Positions 18,188 to 26,490 of a stretch of 64,000 bases of DNA are shown one piece after another (position 1 is the stretch's first letter; every line of letters starts with the position of its first letter). The position numbers were made by a program, and so were the translations under genes. Source of the stretch: Candidatus Micrarchaeia archaeon. Lineage in GTDB: Archaea; Micrarchaeota; Micrarchaeia; Burarchaeales; Fermentimicrarchaeaceae. The notes beneath the pieces were generated by a model, which saw only the letters and a program-made list of their open reading frames with translations, had not been told where the DNA came from and did not search any database. The stretch lies in assembly GCA_038871515.1 (NCBI GenBank), contig JAVZHX010000004.1, positions 1 through 64,000 of the forward strand. Reading direction: 5' to 3'.

Positions 18188-20644
18188 GTGAAAAAGATGA
18201 AAAAGTTAGTGGCTGGTCTAGAGATGGGCAGAATGACCAGCGTTCGCAGTTATCTTGGAAGTTTCTTCAGCTCTGCGAGTAATGTGAGTTTTGAATTTTT
18301 GAAAGTTTTTGCTGTTTTTTTATTGCTGGAGGGAGTTGCGAGAGGGGCAACCTACTCTGAAAATTCAACAAATTCAACTTTGGCAGGAACAGAAGTTGAA
18401 CATAGGTTGAGATGGCAGGATGGGGTTGGGTTGAGCGGTTATGTATTTAGTTTCTGCAATGGAACATACGCCGGTCCAAAAATCTATAACTGGACTTCCA
18501 CTGACCAGGAGGCAGATGTGAAAAGGTTCAACACAACTTCGGGCTCTTCGGTAACTCAAAAAATAAAACGCTACAACACTACTCTGGGACCGAACATAGT
18601 GAAAGCCTATGGTGTCAGTGTTGACACTAACTATGTTACTACATCAAGCACGAAGAATTTCGGTAGTGCTACAGCACCAACCTTTGCCGAAACTTTTGGA
18701 GCACCACCTTACAACTTCACTCAATTAGGTTACGAAAGAATAGCCAGTTCAGATAATGCGTATGCGAACTTGACATCAAATGCTAACAACTTAGAGCCTT
18801 TTGGAATTTACAACTTCACCATTCAAGAAGATAAGTCAACAATAAACTGGATTTACATAGAATTAGAGCAAAGCGAAGCAACTGCTGGAAGCACGGGGAC
18901 AGGTGAATACTGCTACTATGGAGTGGCTAACTGGTCGGCTTCTAACTGGTTTCAGTTCGGGACTTATGTGAATGGGCAGACAGACACAACAAGAACTTAC
19001 AATTTCTCTACTCCGCAGTTAATCAACCAATTTGTAGATGGTAATAATGTTTTGAGCATGATAAATTGGGGAGCGAACATGGACGCAAACGAAGGTTGCA
19101 GGATTGATTTTGTTCAAGTAACTGTTAACTACAACGAAACGTCGTATTCTCCATCTTACGAGCAAGACTCAACTTTTTATGTTTATGATGGAATAGATGG
19201 CGATGATTATCAGAACGTAGATAAGGTAGGAGTAATTATTACCATTGATTCATACAATCCATCTGCTTCAAATTCAACATATAACAACAACAACCGTCCT
19301 GACATAGAGGTTGGAATTTGGAACGGAAGTCAACACGTAACTGGTTTCTACTGCCAAGCAAGCAACACTATGGGAAGCGAGCAGTTGAACACAACTGATT
19401 GGAACTGCTCTGTTTCAACAACAGATTCTGCAATAAGAAATGCTTGGAAAACTGCTTCAAACAGGAAAGTTGAGATAAGAGGAGTTTATATGGATGCTTA
19501 TAACAGCACTATTTATGATGAGATAAATGTAACTGGAGTTTATAGTTATGTGAATGCATGGAATACCACTTCTGGTTTGTGCAGTGACCCAGATGCAATA
19601 CTGACAAATGACAGCTGGGTTGCCTTCGCTTCTGGAATGTGTTCAACTCCTTACACTGACTGCTGGAGCAATGTGACAAAGCTTGTGAATTCAACTGTTG
19701 GCGCGTTTATAAAGTGGTGCGTGTATGTGAATGATACATCAAACAACTGGTATTCTTCCTGCAGTCCACCTTATAACTACACAACAACTTCTTTGAAGAA
19801 ACTGCTGGTGAGCTGGCATACTGCTTCAATTGTTAACTCAACAGTCTGCACTGCGGGAACTCCTTGCCAATATAATAGATATGAGAATTTTACTGCAAAT
19901 GCAACTGTTCAGTGCTCCACTATTCCGCCTTCCCTCTCATGCGGTTCTGTCACTGGAAGCATAAGATACAACAGCACTGGGGGAACGCCGGATACGCTGA
20001 TAAGCACAACTCCGGGTGCAACTCCCTTCTTCACAGACACAAACCCAAACTCATGTGGCTCCCTCTCTGATACTGACTCCTGCACCCTTAACTGGAAGGT
20101 GAATGTTTCAGGCGTGGGACCGCAGACGAGAGCTGTTGATGTTAACTTTTCCTCCAATGATTCAGCTGTTCCTGAAAATAATACTGATGATGCATACATC
20201 AGCGTAGCAGAAGCAGTTGTTGGCTTCACAATAACCCTTCCAAGCCAAAACCCAGTTTATGCAGCTGAGGGAGGGAATGCAACTGCGGATATTGAATTCA
20301 ATCTAACAGGAGGGAACACCGCAAGTAACGTTGTTCCGTGCATTGCCTTAACTTTAACCTGCCAGGAAGATGGAATTCCAATATTTCAATTCATAAACAC
20401 TGGAACTGCAACTCTGGATTGGTATATCTATCTAGATACTGCTCTGCCGGCAAGCATAACTCTGAAAGGAGATACGGATAACAACCCAAGCGGTGCAACC
20501 CAAATAACAACATCGGGCTGGCTTGTTGCAAGTGGAATTGCACCAACCGGCTCAAAGGATGTGTGGCTGTGGACAGATTTCAATGGAGCAAGCGTGAGCG
20601 ATGCAACAAGCAGGTATTTAATAAACAATGCAACGGTGACGTGA
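18188..20644 (+). CDS. Large secreted adhesin-like protein whose C-terminal domain is homologous to the 180-aa subunit (putative fibre tip)
   Basis: Signal-like FLKVFAVFLLLEGVARG (true start possibly GTG 18284); beta-rich and sequon-rich; no C-terminal TM. Confidence 0.75.
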   Translation: MKKMKKLVAGLEMGRMTSVRSYLGSFFSSASNVSFEFLKVFAVFLLLEGVARGATYSENSTNSTLAGTEVEHRLRWQDGVGLSGYVFSFCNGTYAGPKIYNWTSTDQEADVKRFNTTSGSSVTQKIKRYNTTLGPNIVKAYGVSVDTNYVTTSSTKNFGSATAPTFAETFGAPPYNFTQLGYERIASSDNAYANLTSNANNLEPFGIYNFTIQEDKSTINWIYIELEQSEATAGSTGTGEYCYYGVANWSASNWFQFGTYVNGQTDTTRTYNFSTPQLINQFVDGNNVLSMINWGANMDANEGCRIDFVQVTVNYNETSYSPSYEQDSTFYVYDGIDGDDYQNVDKVGVIITIDSYNPSASNSTYNNNNRPDIEVGIWNGSQHVTGFYCQASNTMGSEQLNTTDWNCSVSTTDSAIRNAWKTASNRKVEIRGVYMDAYNSTIYDEINVTGVYSYVNAWNTTSGLCSDPDAILTNDSWVAFASGMCSTPYTDCWSNVTKLVNSTVGAFIKWCVYVNDTSNNWYSSCSPPYNYTTTSLKKLLVSWHTASIVNSTVCTAGTPCQYNRYENFTANATVQCSTIPPSLSCGSVTGSIRYNSTGGTPDTLISTTPGATPFFTDTNPNSCGSLSDTDSCTLNWKVNVSGVGPQTRAVDVNFSSNDSAVPENNTDDAYISVAEAVVGFTITLPSQNPVYAAEGGNATADIEFNLTGGNTASNVVPCIALTLTCQEDGIPIFQFINTGTATLDWYIYLDTALPASITLKGDTDNNPSGATQITTSGWLVASGIAPTGSKDVWLWTDFNGASVSDATSRYLINNATVT

Positions 20645-20645
20645 T

Positions 20646-20714
20646 GTTTATGAATTATGCTGAGAACTGGGAAACCAGTCTCAATTGTTCAAAAATAAAC
20701 GCCAAGTCCGGCGT
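20646..20714 (+). promoter_or_regulatory. Intergenic stem-loops upstream of the putative major subunit gene
   Basis: TGAG-a-ACTGG-GAAA-CCAGT-CTCA (20661-20683), outer GTTTAT/ATAAAC, and ACGCC-n6-GGCGT just before the GAGGTGG RBS. Confidence 0.55.
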
Positions 20715-20729
20715 CCGTGAGGTGGTAAA

Positions 20730-21272
20730 ATGGACATGAAAAAAACACTGGTGACTGCAACACTGCTGCTTGCGCTTGCCTCAGTGGCGCATGCGGCGAA
20801 GTACACAACAACTTTGACGTACTTCAACATAGCAAGCGTTGAGGCGTTCACAGTGACACTGCCAGGCCAGAGCGCGGTAACAGCAACAGAAGGAGGTGCG
20901 GCAACTGCAAACATTGAGTTCAACTCAACAGACGGAGATGATACATGCATAGACCCATGCATAGCGGCAACAACAACCTGCCAGGATGCGGGCACACCAA
21001 TCTTCCTTGTGGAAAACACAGGAACAGTTCCTCTTGATTTAACAGTGTATTTCACATCCTCCCCGCCATCCTGCATAAAGGTTGGTGGCTCCAGTGCGAG
21101 CAGAGCGGCAGCATGCACAGGAACCATAATTGACACAACTCCAGTTACATTGGCAAATAACCTTGCAGTTGGAAACACGGCAAACTGGTGGGAAGCAGCC
21201 AACTTCACAGGATGTGTTGCAGCTGACACGACAAGCAGAACGCAGAGAGTTTACGGAGTGCAGTCAACATAA
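20730..21272 (+). CDS. Secreted 180-aa beta-rich protein, putative major fibre subunit
   Basis: Strong RBS GAGGTGG; Sec signal ending AHA; 6 Cys; Ig-like ENTGTVPLDL motif. Confidence 0.75.
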   Translation: MDMKKTLVTATLLLALASVAHAAKYTTTLTYFNIASVEAFTVTLPGQSAVTATEGGAATANIEFNSTDGDDTCIDPCIAATTTCQDAGTPIFLVENTGTVPLDLTVYFTSSPPSCIKVGGSSASRAAACTGTIIDTTPVTLANNLAVGNTANWWEAANFTGCVAADTTSRTQRVYGVQST

Positions 21273-21276
21273 ACTG

Positions 21277-21296
21277 TCTTTGTTTTTTGGTTTTTA
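21277..21296 (+). terminator. T-rich archaeal terminator-like tract after the subunit gene
   Basis: tctttgttttttggttttt immediately after the stop codon. Confidence 0.45.
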
Positions 21297-21317
21297 GCAA
21301 TGGAAAAAGGTGAAAAA

Positions 21318-21473
21318 ATGAGGCAGATTTCCATAGTGCTGGAGACAGCACGGGAGGACATAGATGCCCTCACCTGCGAGATAAAGTCAAAAGTAAGTGA
21401 AATTGGCAATGTGGAGTGGGTGGGGTATCATGTCAAAAAACTGAGGAGTGAAAAATTTGAAAAAAGAAGGTGA
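21318..21473 (+). CDS. Small hypothetical protein, 51 aa (MRQISIVLETAREDIDALTCEIKSKVSEIGNVEWVGYHVKKLRSEKFEKRR)
   Basis: AGGTGA RBS 5 nt before ATG; fills the gap; its stop overlaps the next RBS; below the ORF track cutoff. Confidence 0.6.
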   Translation: MRQISIVLETAREDIDALTCEIKSKVSEIGNVEWVGYHVKKLRSEKFEKRR

Positions 21474-21477
21474 GTTG

Positions 21478-22587
21478 ATGAAAAAACAGGAGAAGGGTAA
21501 CCCCTACTGGTATCTTCTCGTGGTTGCAGTGGTGGTAATTTTAGCAGCGGTATACCTGCTCGCCCCAAAGCAAGCACCGCGTGAAACAGGAGGGGAGATA
21601 ATAAATCAGAGCGGAGGAGAAGAGAAAAATATAACGCATTTCGCTGAGCCGAAGGTTTACTCCCCGTACTACGAGGGGCTTGAAGCGCTTATTCAAGCAG
21701 AGTTGAATAAAACAAGCAAGAATGCAACAAGAGGGAATTACCTTCCTGCGGCAATGTTTGCCGAGCTTCCAGCTTTTCCAAGTGATTTATACCAGATGCA
21801 GGTTCTCTTCAAGTACTACCAGATGGGGAAGATAAGGAATAAAACTGATTTAGAAAACAAGGAGCTTGGGCCGGAGTATTGGAAGCAGCCCGAGTGGATT
21901 CCAACGTTCTTCACTAGTGGCCTTCCCCTAATTCAGAACCCACCGATGGATACCCGCTACTATCACTGGGCGGAGTATGAGTTAATCAATGCAAACCAGC
22001 TGAGAAACAAAAACACAGGGCAGGTTATAACCCTCACTCCAGGGAGCGTTGCAAGCGTGCTTCCAAACAAAACAATAGAGGTGAAAACACCAAGGGTTGG
22101 AATTGAGGGCTACACAGTATACCCATCAGACATGGTGATTGTTGATGCCCAGCCAGATACGTACTTTGACGTCTACACAGTTCTTTACTGCGGCTGGTAC
22201 GTGCAGATGTATCAGGGAGTAAAACTGGAGGCAGCGTTTCCAGAGTCTGGCTCAATTGAGAACTTTCAGCTGTTTGAGGATGGGACGAAGGTTGTGACGC
22301 AGAACCCAGCAGAAGTTGAGAAGTATTTCAAAGTTGAATTTGAGCCAGAGCAGTTCGTTCTAGAGCCAAGCTTCCCAATTTTCAAGGAGGAGTGGGCGAA
22401 GCTGATAAGGATGAGGATAACTGTGAATGAGAGCACGCCAAAAGGAAAATACATAGTTGGAATGAACATAGTTGCGCCTTCAAAGGAGTTCAATGAGGAT
22501 ATGATGTGGAAATACAAAACGCAGTACAGAGTTGGGGAAGTTGGAATAGGGAGGCCGTTCTTCAGAGTGTTTATACAAGTGGTGTGA
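21478..22587 (+). CDS. Membrane-anchored extracellular protein of unknown function
   Basis: AGGTGA RBS before ATG 21478; N-terminal TM YLLVVAVVVILAAVYLL; C-terminal Ig-like strands (TPKGKYIVGMNIVAP). Confidence 0.75.
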   Translation: MKKQEKGNPYWYLLVVAVVVILAAVYLLAPKQAPRETGGEIINQSGGEEKNITHFAEPKVYSPYYEGLEALIQAELNKTSKNATRGNYLPAAMFAELPAFPSDLYQMQVLFKYYQMGKIRNKTDLENKELGPEYWKQPEWIPTFFTSGLPLIQNPPMDTRYYHWAEYELINANQLRNKNTGQVITLTPGSVASVLPNKTIEVKTPRVGIEGYTVYPSDMVIVDAQPDTYFDVYTVLYCGWYVQMYQGVKLEAAFPESGSIENFQLFEDGTKVVTQNPAEVEKYFKVEFEPEQFVLEPSFPIFKEEWAKLIRMRITVNESTPKGKYIVGMNIVAPSKEFNEDMMWKYKTQYRVGEVGIGRPFFRVFIQVV

Positions 22588-22588
22588 G

Positions 22589-24265
22589 ATGAAAAAGAGA
22601 GTTGAAGCAGCTCTGCTTTTCTTTTTGCTAGCAGCAGCTTTGTGTTGGGGGGAGGGGTATACAACAACCCCAACCTACCTCTCAATAGGGGAGCCGAGGG
22701 TTGAAATAAGGGATTTGACTCTCTCCCCAACTTCAGTTTACCCAGGTGGCTCAATTGATTTTTCAGTTACAATGAGAAACTACGGAACAGTTTCAACAAC
22801 CGCAACCCTCGCAATACAAATTTATGATGCATCAAACAGAGTTGTTGGAACAATTCCATTTGACCCAGTGCAGTTATTCCCAGGGCAGATTGTCACAGTG
22901 CAGAAAACGTGGGGGGTTGGCTCACTTCCAATTGGGAATTACAGAGCAGTTGCGCAGGCAAGCTACGACTCAAACTTTTCAAATTCGTTTGAGAGAAGCT
23001 TTTCAATAGTTCGCATTCCATCTCCTCCAAGCCTGCCTCCAAGTCAGACAATGGGGCAGCTTCCAGTGATACTCCCTTCTGAAATAACTCCTGTTGAAGG
23101 GAAGGCGGTTTTTCTCAAAACAACAGTGCTGCGCGAGCTTCTTGCAGGTGAGGGTGCGGTTGAAAGCATCGCTCTGAAAAACATAGGGGAGGCAATTCTG
23201 AATATAACGTTCAGCTTTGAGGGAATACCGAAGGAGTGGGCTTCACTTCCTTCTGATAGAACTCTGCTCCTTCCAAATGAAATTCAAATTATGAACCTTG
23301 GCTTCTCCATTCCAAAAGATGTGCTGAGCGGGGATTATCTTGTCAAATTAAATGCGGATGGAAATGCGAATTCAACCGATTTTCTTGCGCTGAGAGTTAA
23401 GAGGTATCCGGATGACTACGATAAACCGATTGCATTGAAAACTATAAGAGTTGATGAGAGGGAGAGGAAAACAAGCGTTTCAATAGAGGTGAAAAACCCA
23501 TCCCAAAATACAATGGAGTTGGTTCAGGTTGAGGAGAGAATTCCTGCGGTTGTGAGTGAAAATCAGATTGAGTTTCTTGATAGAAGGGGGAGAGTTGTTG
23601 AATCTGAAGGAGGGAAGCTGATAGTTTGGGAGCTTTCTGATGTAAAGCCAAAGGAGTCTCTCACAATTTCGTACAATATAAAGAATTTCATCACGGATTA
23701 CTCAACGTATATGAACTGGAGAGTTTACCAGGTGCTTGTCACTCAAAAGTATAGCACTGCTGATTTGATAAAGGTGCTTGATATAACCTCATCTGGCATA
23801 AATGACTCAATTGGGGAGGTAACAGCATCTGTTCTTTACGTTGGGAATGAACCGTTACAGGTTACGATGGTGCTTGAAGCACCAGCGGGCTTCAGCGTTG
23901 AGCCTGCAGCTGTGACGAAAACTCTCCTTCCAAAAGGAGTTGCATATGTTTCATTTAAACTCACCGCTCCGAAAACAGCGCAGGAAACCCATATGGTGAG
24001 ATTGGTGATAATGGGAGAGGAGTTTGCAACTTTCACAACTGCGCCAATAATAATAAAGAGGGAAGCTCCTCCTTTCTCGCTTCTTTCAATTCTAAGTTTA
24101 CAGCAGATTGTTCTGCTCTCAGCGTTTGTTGCGGCAGCAGTTGCGGTTTCAGTTGTTTCGTACAGAAGAATAATGAAGCATCGCCATAAACCTCAGTTCA
24201 GCGAGGAAAGGCTTAATTACCTAAAAAACATAAAGGGTATGGTGGTGAGCAGAAAGAGCAGGTGA
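22589..24265 (+). CDS. Secreted multi-Ig (CARDB/NEW3-like) protein with C-terminal TM, putative fibre anchor
   Basis: Signal peptide ending LCWG; repeated LxNxG Ig motifs; Pro-rich linker; C-terminal TM and basic tail. Confidence 0.8.
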   Translation: MKKRVEAALLFFLLAAALCWGEGYTTTPTYLSIGEPRVEIRDLTLSPTSVYPGGSIDFSVTMRNYGTVSTTATLAIQIYDASNRVVGTIPFDPVQLFPGQIVTVQKTWGVGSLPIGNYRAVAQASYDSNFSNSFERSFSIVRIPSPPSLPPSQTMGQLPVILPSEITPVEGKAVFLKTTVLRELLAGEGAVESIALKNIGEAILNITFSFEGIPKEWASLPSDRTLLLPNEIQIMNLGFSIPKDVLSGDYLVKLNADGNANSTDFLALRVKRYPDDYDKPIALKTIRVDERERKTSVSIEVKNPSQNTMELVQVEERIPAVVSENQIEFLDRRGRVVESEGGKLIVWELSDVKPKESLTISYNIKNFITDYSTYMNWRVYQVLVTQKYSTADLIKVLDITSSGINDSIGEVTASVLYVGNEPLQVTMVLEAPAGFSVEPAAVTKTLLPKGVAYVSFKLTAPKTAQETHMVRLVIMGEEFATFTTAPIIIKREAPPFSLLSILSLQQIVLLSAFVAAAVAVSVVSYRRIMKHRHKPQFSEERLNYLKNIKGMVVSRKSR

Positions 24266-24269
24266 GAGG

Positions 24270-25049
24270 TTGGAGAAGAAGGCAATTGGGGTTGTTTCTG
24301 GAAAGGGAGGGGTTGGGAAGAGCACAATAGCCGTGAATTTAGCAACTCTATTCACCGCTTCTGAAATTGATAATTTACTTATTGATGGGGATACATCCAA
24401 CCCGTCTGTTGGGTTGCATTTGGGAATATGGCAGCACTCAGTTGGTTTGCAGGATGTGCTTGCCGGAAAGGTAAGCCCTGAGGAGGCAATTGTGCTTCAT
24501 CCGGCAACTGGGGTGAGGGTAATTCCCTCTTCCTTGCGTTATGTGAAAGAAGTTAATATGAGGAACCTCCGCAAGGTTGTGAATGAGGTGAAAGCATATA
24601 AGTTCGTAACAATTGATTCTCCCCCAGGTTTATCTGATGATGTTGAAAATATAATGCAGTCGTGCAACGAGCTTGTTGTTGTCACAACTCCGGATGTGCC
24701 AAGCGTTACAAGCGCAATGAAAATAATTGATTTGGCGGAGGAGTTCAGAGTTCCTGTTGCTGGTTTGGTTGTGAACAGAATTCTGAATAAGAAATATGAG
24801 CTGCATATGAAGGAGATAGAGTCAATGTGCAACACGAGGATAATTGGAAAAATACCTGAGGATGTGAGGGTGCCGGAAAGCATTGCGGTGAAGGTTCCTG
24901 TCACCCTATACACCCCGAAATCACCTGCAAGCGTCGCAATATCTCAGATTGCGTATGAGCTCTGTGGAGAGAGAATACGCCTTCCCCAATACCGCCGAGG
25001 GGTTATCTCAAGGGTGCTGGATTTCTTCAGAAGCCTGCTGGGAAGATGA
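24270..25049 (+). CDS. minD: MinD/ParA-family ATPase
   Basis: SGKGGVGKS, IDSPPG, VVTTPD, IPED, C-terminal amphipathic helix. Confidence 0.85.
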   Translation: MEKKAIGVVSGKGGVGKSTIAVNLATLFTASEIDNLLIDGDTSNPSVGLHLGIWQHSVGLQDVLAGKVSPEEAIVLHPATGVRVIPSSLRYVKEVNMRNLRKVVNEVKAYKFVTIDSPPGLSDDVENIMQSCNELVVVTTPDVPSVTSAMKIIDLAEEFRVPVAGLVVNRILNKKYELHMKEIESMCNTRIIGKIPEDVRVPESIAVKVPVTLYTPKSPASVAISQIAYELCGERIRLPQYRRGVISRVLDFFRSLLGR

Positions 25050-25079
25050 TTTTTATTCCTATCCTGCCAATTCTATAAT

Positions 25080-25961
25080 ATGATAAAAATAATCATACTT
25101 GGCTCAGGAGGGGCGGTTCCGTCACCTGCAAGGTCACTGCCGTCAGTTGGAATGCGCTACTTTGGGGATGTTTATTTATTTGACTGCGGGGAAGGAACAC
25201 AGAGGCAGATGATGATCTATGGTTTGAGCTACGCTAGGGTGAAAATGATATTCCTCACTCATTTACATGCGGACCATCTTTTGGGAATTGGGGGCTTGGT
25301 GCAGACGCTGAAGATGAATGACAGAAAGGAACCGCTTTTCATTTTCGGCCCTGCTGGAACTGAGAGGTGCATCCTTCCAATAATAGCAGGTGCGTATCCG
25401 TTTAAGATACAGATAAATGAAATAGATGAGAAGTTCTGCCTGAAAAACGAGAGGTTCAGTGTCTCTGCTTTCAAAACGCATCACAACGTGAGGAGTTTGG
25501 GTTATGTTTTCAAGGAGAATGACTCATGGAATTTCAATAAAGAAAAAGCTGAGAAGCTTGGGATAAAGGGGAGGATGTTCAGGAAAATTGAGAAAGAAGG
25601 GGAAATTCTCATAGGAAAGAAAAAGATAAAATTGGAGGATGTGACGAAGCCAAAGAAAGGGAAGAAGGTTGTTTACACTGGAGATACAGTTCCATGCGCG
25701 GAAGTGATTGAAGCGAGCAGGGAGGCAGACTTATTGATTCATGATGGCACCTTTTCAGAGGAGCATGCGAAGGAGGCAAAGGAGAAAATGCATTCAACTG
25801 CTTCGCAAGCAGCAGAAGTTGCAAAGAAAGCAAAAGTGAAAAAGTTAATACTTGTTCATATAAGCAACAGATACAAGGATGCATCTCCTCTTGAGAAGGA
25901 AGCAAGAAAAATTTTTAAAAACTCATGCGTTGGGTTTGACGGGATGGAGTTGTATTTATGA
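25080..25961 (+). CDS. rnz: Ribonuclease Z
   Basis: LGSGGAVP, FDCGEGTQRQ, THLHADH, YTGDT, HST, HISNRY. Confidence 0.95.
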   Translation: MIKIIILGSGGAVPSPARSLPSVGMRYFGDVYLFDCGEGTQRQMMIYGLSYARVKMIFLTHLHADHLLGIGGLVQTLKMNDRKEPLFIFGPAGTERCILPIIAGAYPFKIQINEIDEKFCLKNERFSVSAFKTHHNVRSLGYVFKENDSWNFNKEKAEKLGIKGRMFRKIEKEGEILIGKKKIKLEDVTKPKKGKKVVYTGDTVPCAEVIEASREADLLIHDGTFSEEHAKEAKEKMHSTASQAAEVAKKAKVKKLILVHISNRYKDASPLEKEARKIFKNSCVGFDGMELYL

Positions 25962-26173
25962 AAAGGGAGCTGCTTTCAAAAATAAATGACAAGCTGACTT
26001 TCCTTCAGGTGAATAGGGAGAGAATTGGGAAAAGTGAGGAGGAACTTCAGAGAGTTGACGGTGAGATGGCTGTTTTGAGGTATATAATTGAAAATAAGCC
26101 GAGTAAGGAGTTTATAGAGGGAATGATGCTTGGATGTCAAAAAGTGCTTGAGATACTTGAAAAGAAAAAATAA
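25958..26173 (+). CDS. Small hypothetical helical protein
   Basis: Overlaps the rnz stop (ATGA); coding-like composition. Confidence 0.6.
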   Translation: MKRELLSKINDKLTFLQVNRERIGKSEEELQRVDGEMAVLRYIIENKPSKEFIEGMMLGCQKVLEILEKKK

Positions 26174-26191
26174 AAAGAAAAAATAAAAAAC

Positions 26192-26407
26192 TCAGGCGTT
26201 CTTCATCTTCGCCCTTGCTACGTATCCGCCCTTATCAAGATAATACATGTATCCTGGCTCCTTCGTGATTTTCTCGTTTCCAACTCTCTTCTTCTTTCCG
26301 CCAGGCTTGTGCTTCATGGGGGCAGCCCATACGTAGCCGTCCTTCCCAACATAGTAGAGGTAACCCTCCTCTCTCTCAATTCTTTCCTTACCTATTCTCT
26401 GGCCCAT
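26192..26407 (-). CDS. Small basic protein with two internal repeats, candidate nucleic acid-binding protein
   Basis: IEREEGYLYYVGKDGYVWAAPMK / ITKEPGYMYYLDKGGYVARAKMK; GAGGTGA RBS and upstream TTTATAAA. Confidence 0.8.
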   Translation of the reverse strand: MGQRIGKERIEREEGYLYYVGKDGYVWAAPMKHKPGGKKKRVGNEKITKEPGYMYYLDKGGYVARAKMKNA

Positions 26408-26490
26408 CGGCTCACCTCTTTTTTATTGTAGCTTAATGCTACGAGAGAGTTATCGTCGGTGGTATTTATAAATCTATCCCTTATTTACGT

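Noticed and set aside
20661..20683. Archaeal SECIS element
   Set aside because: It lacks the GAA/A internal-loop geometry, and I found no convincing in-frame UGA selenoprotein nearby.
26192..26407. Assignment as Cc1, Cren7, Alba or histone
   Set aside because: The sequence does not match those families as I recall them; left as an unnamed candidate.
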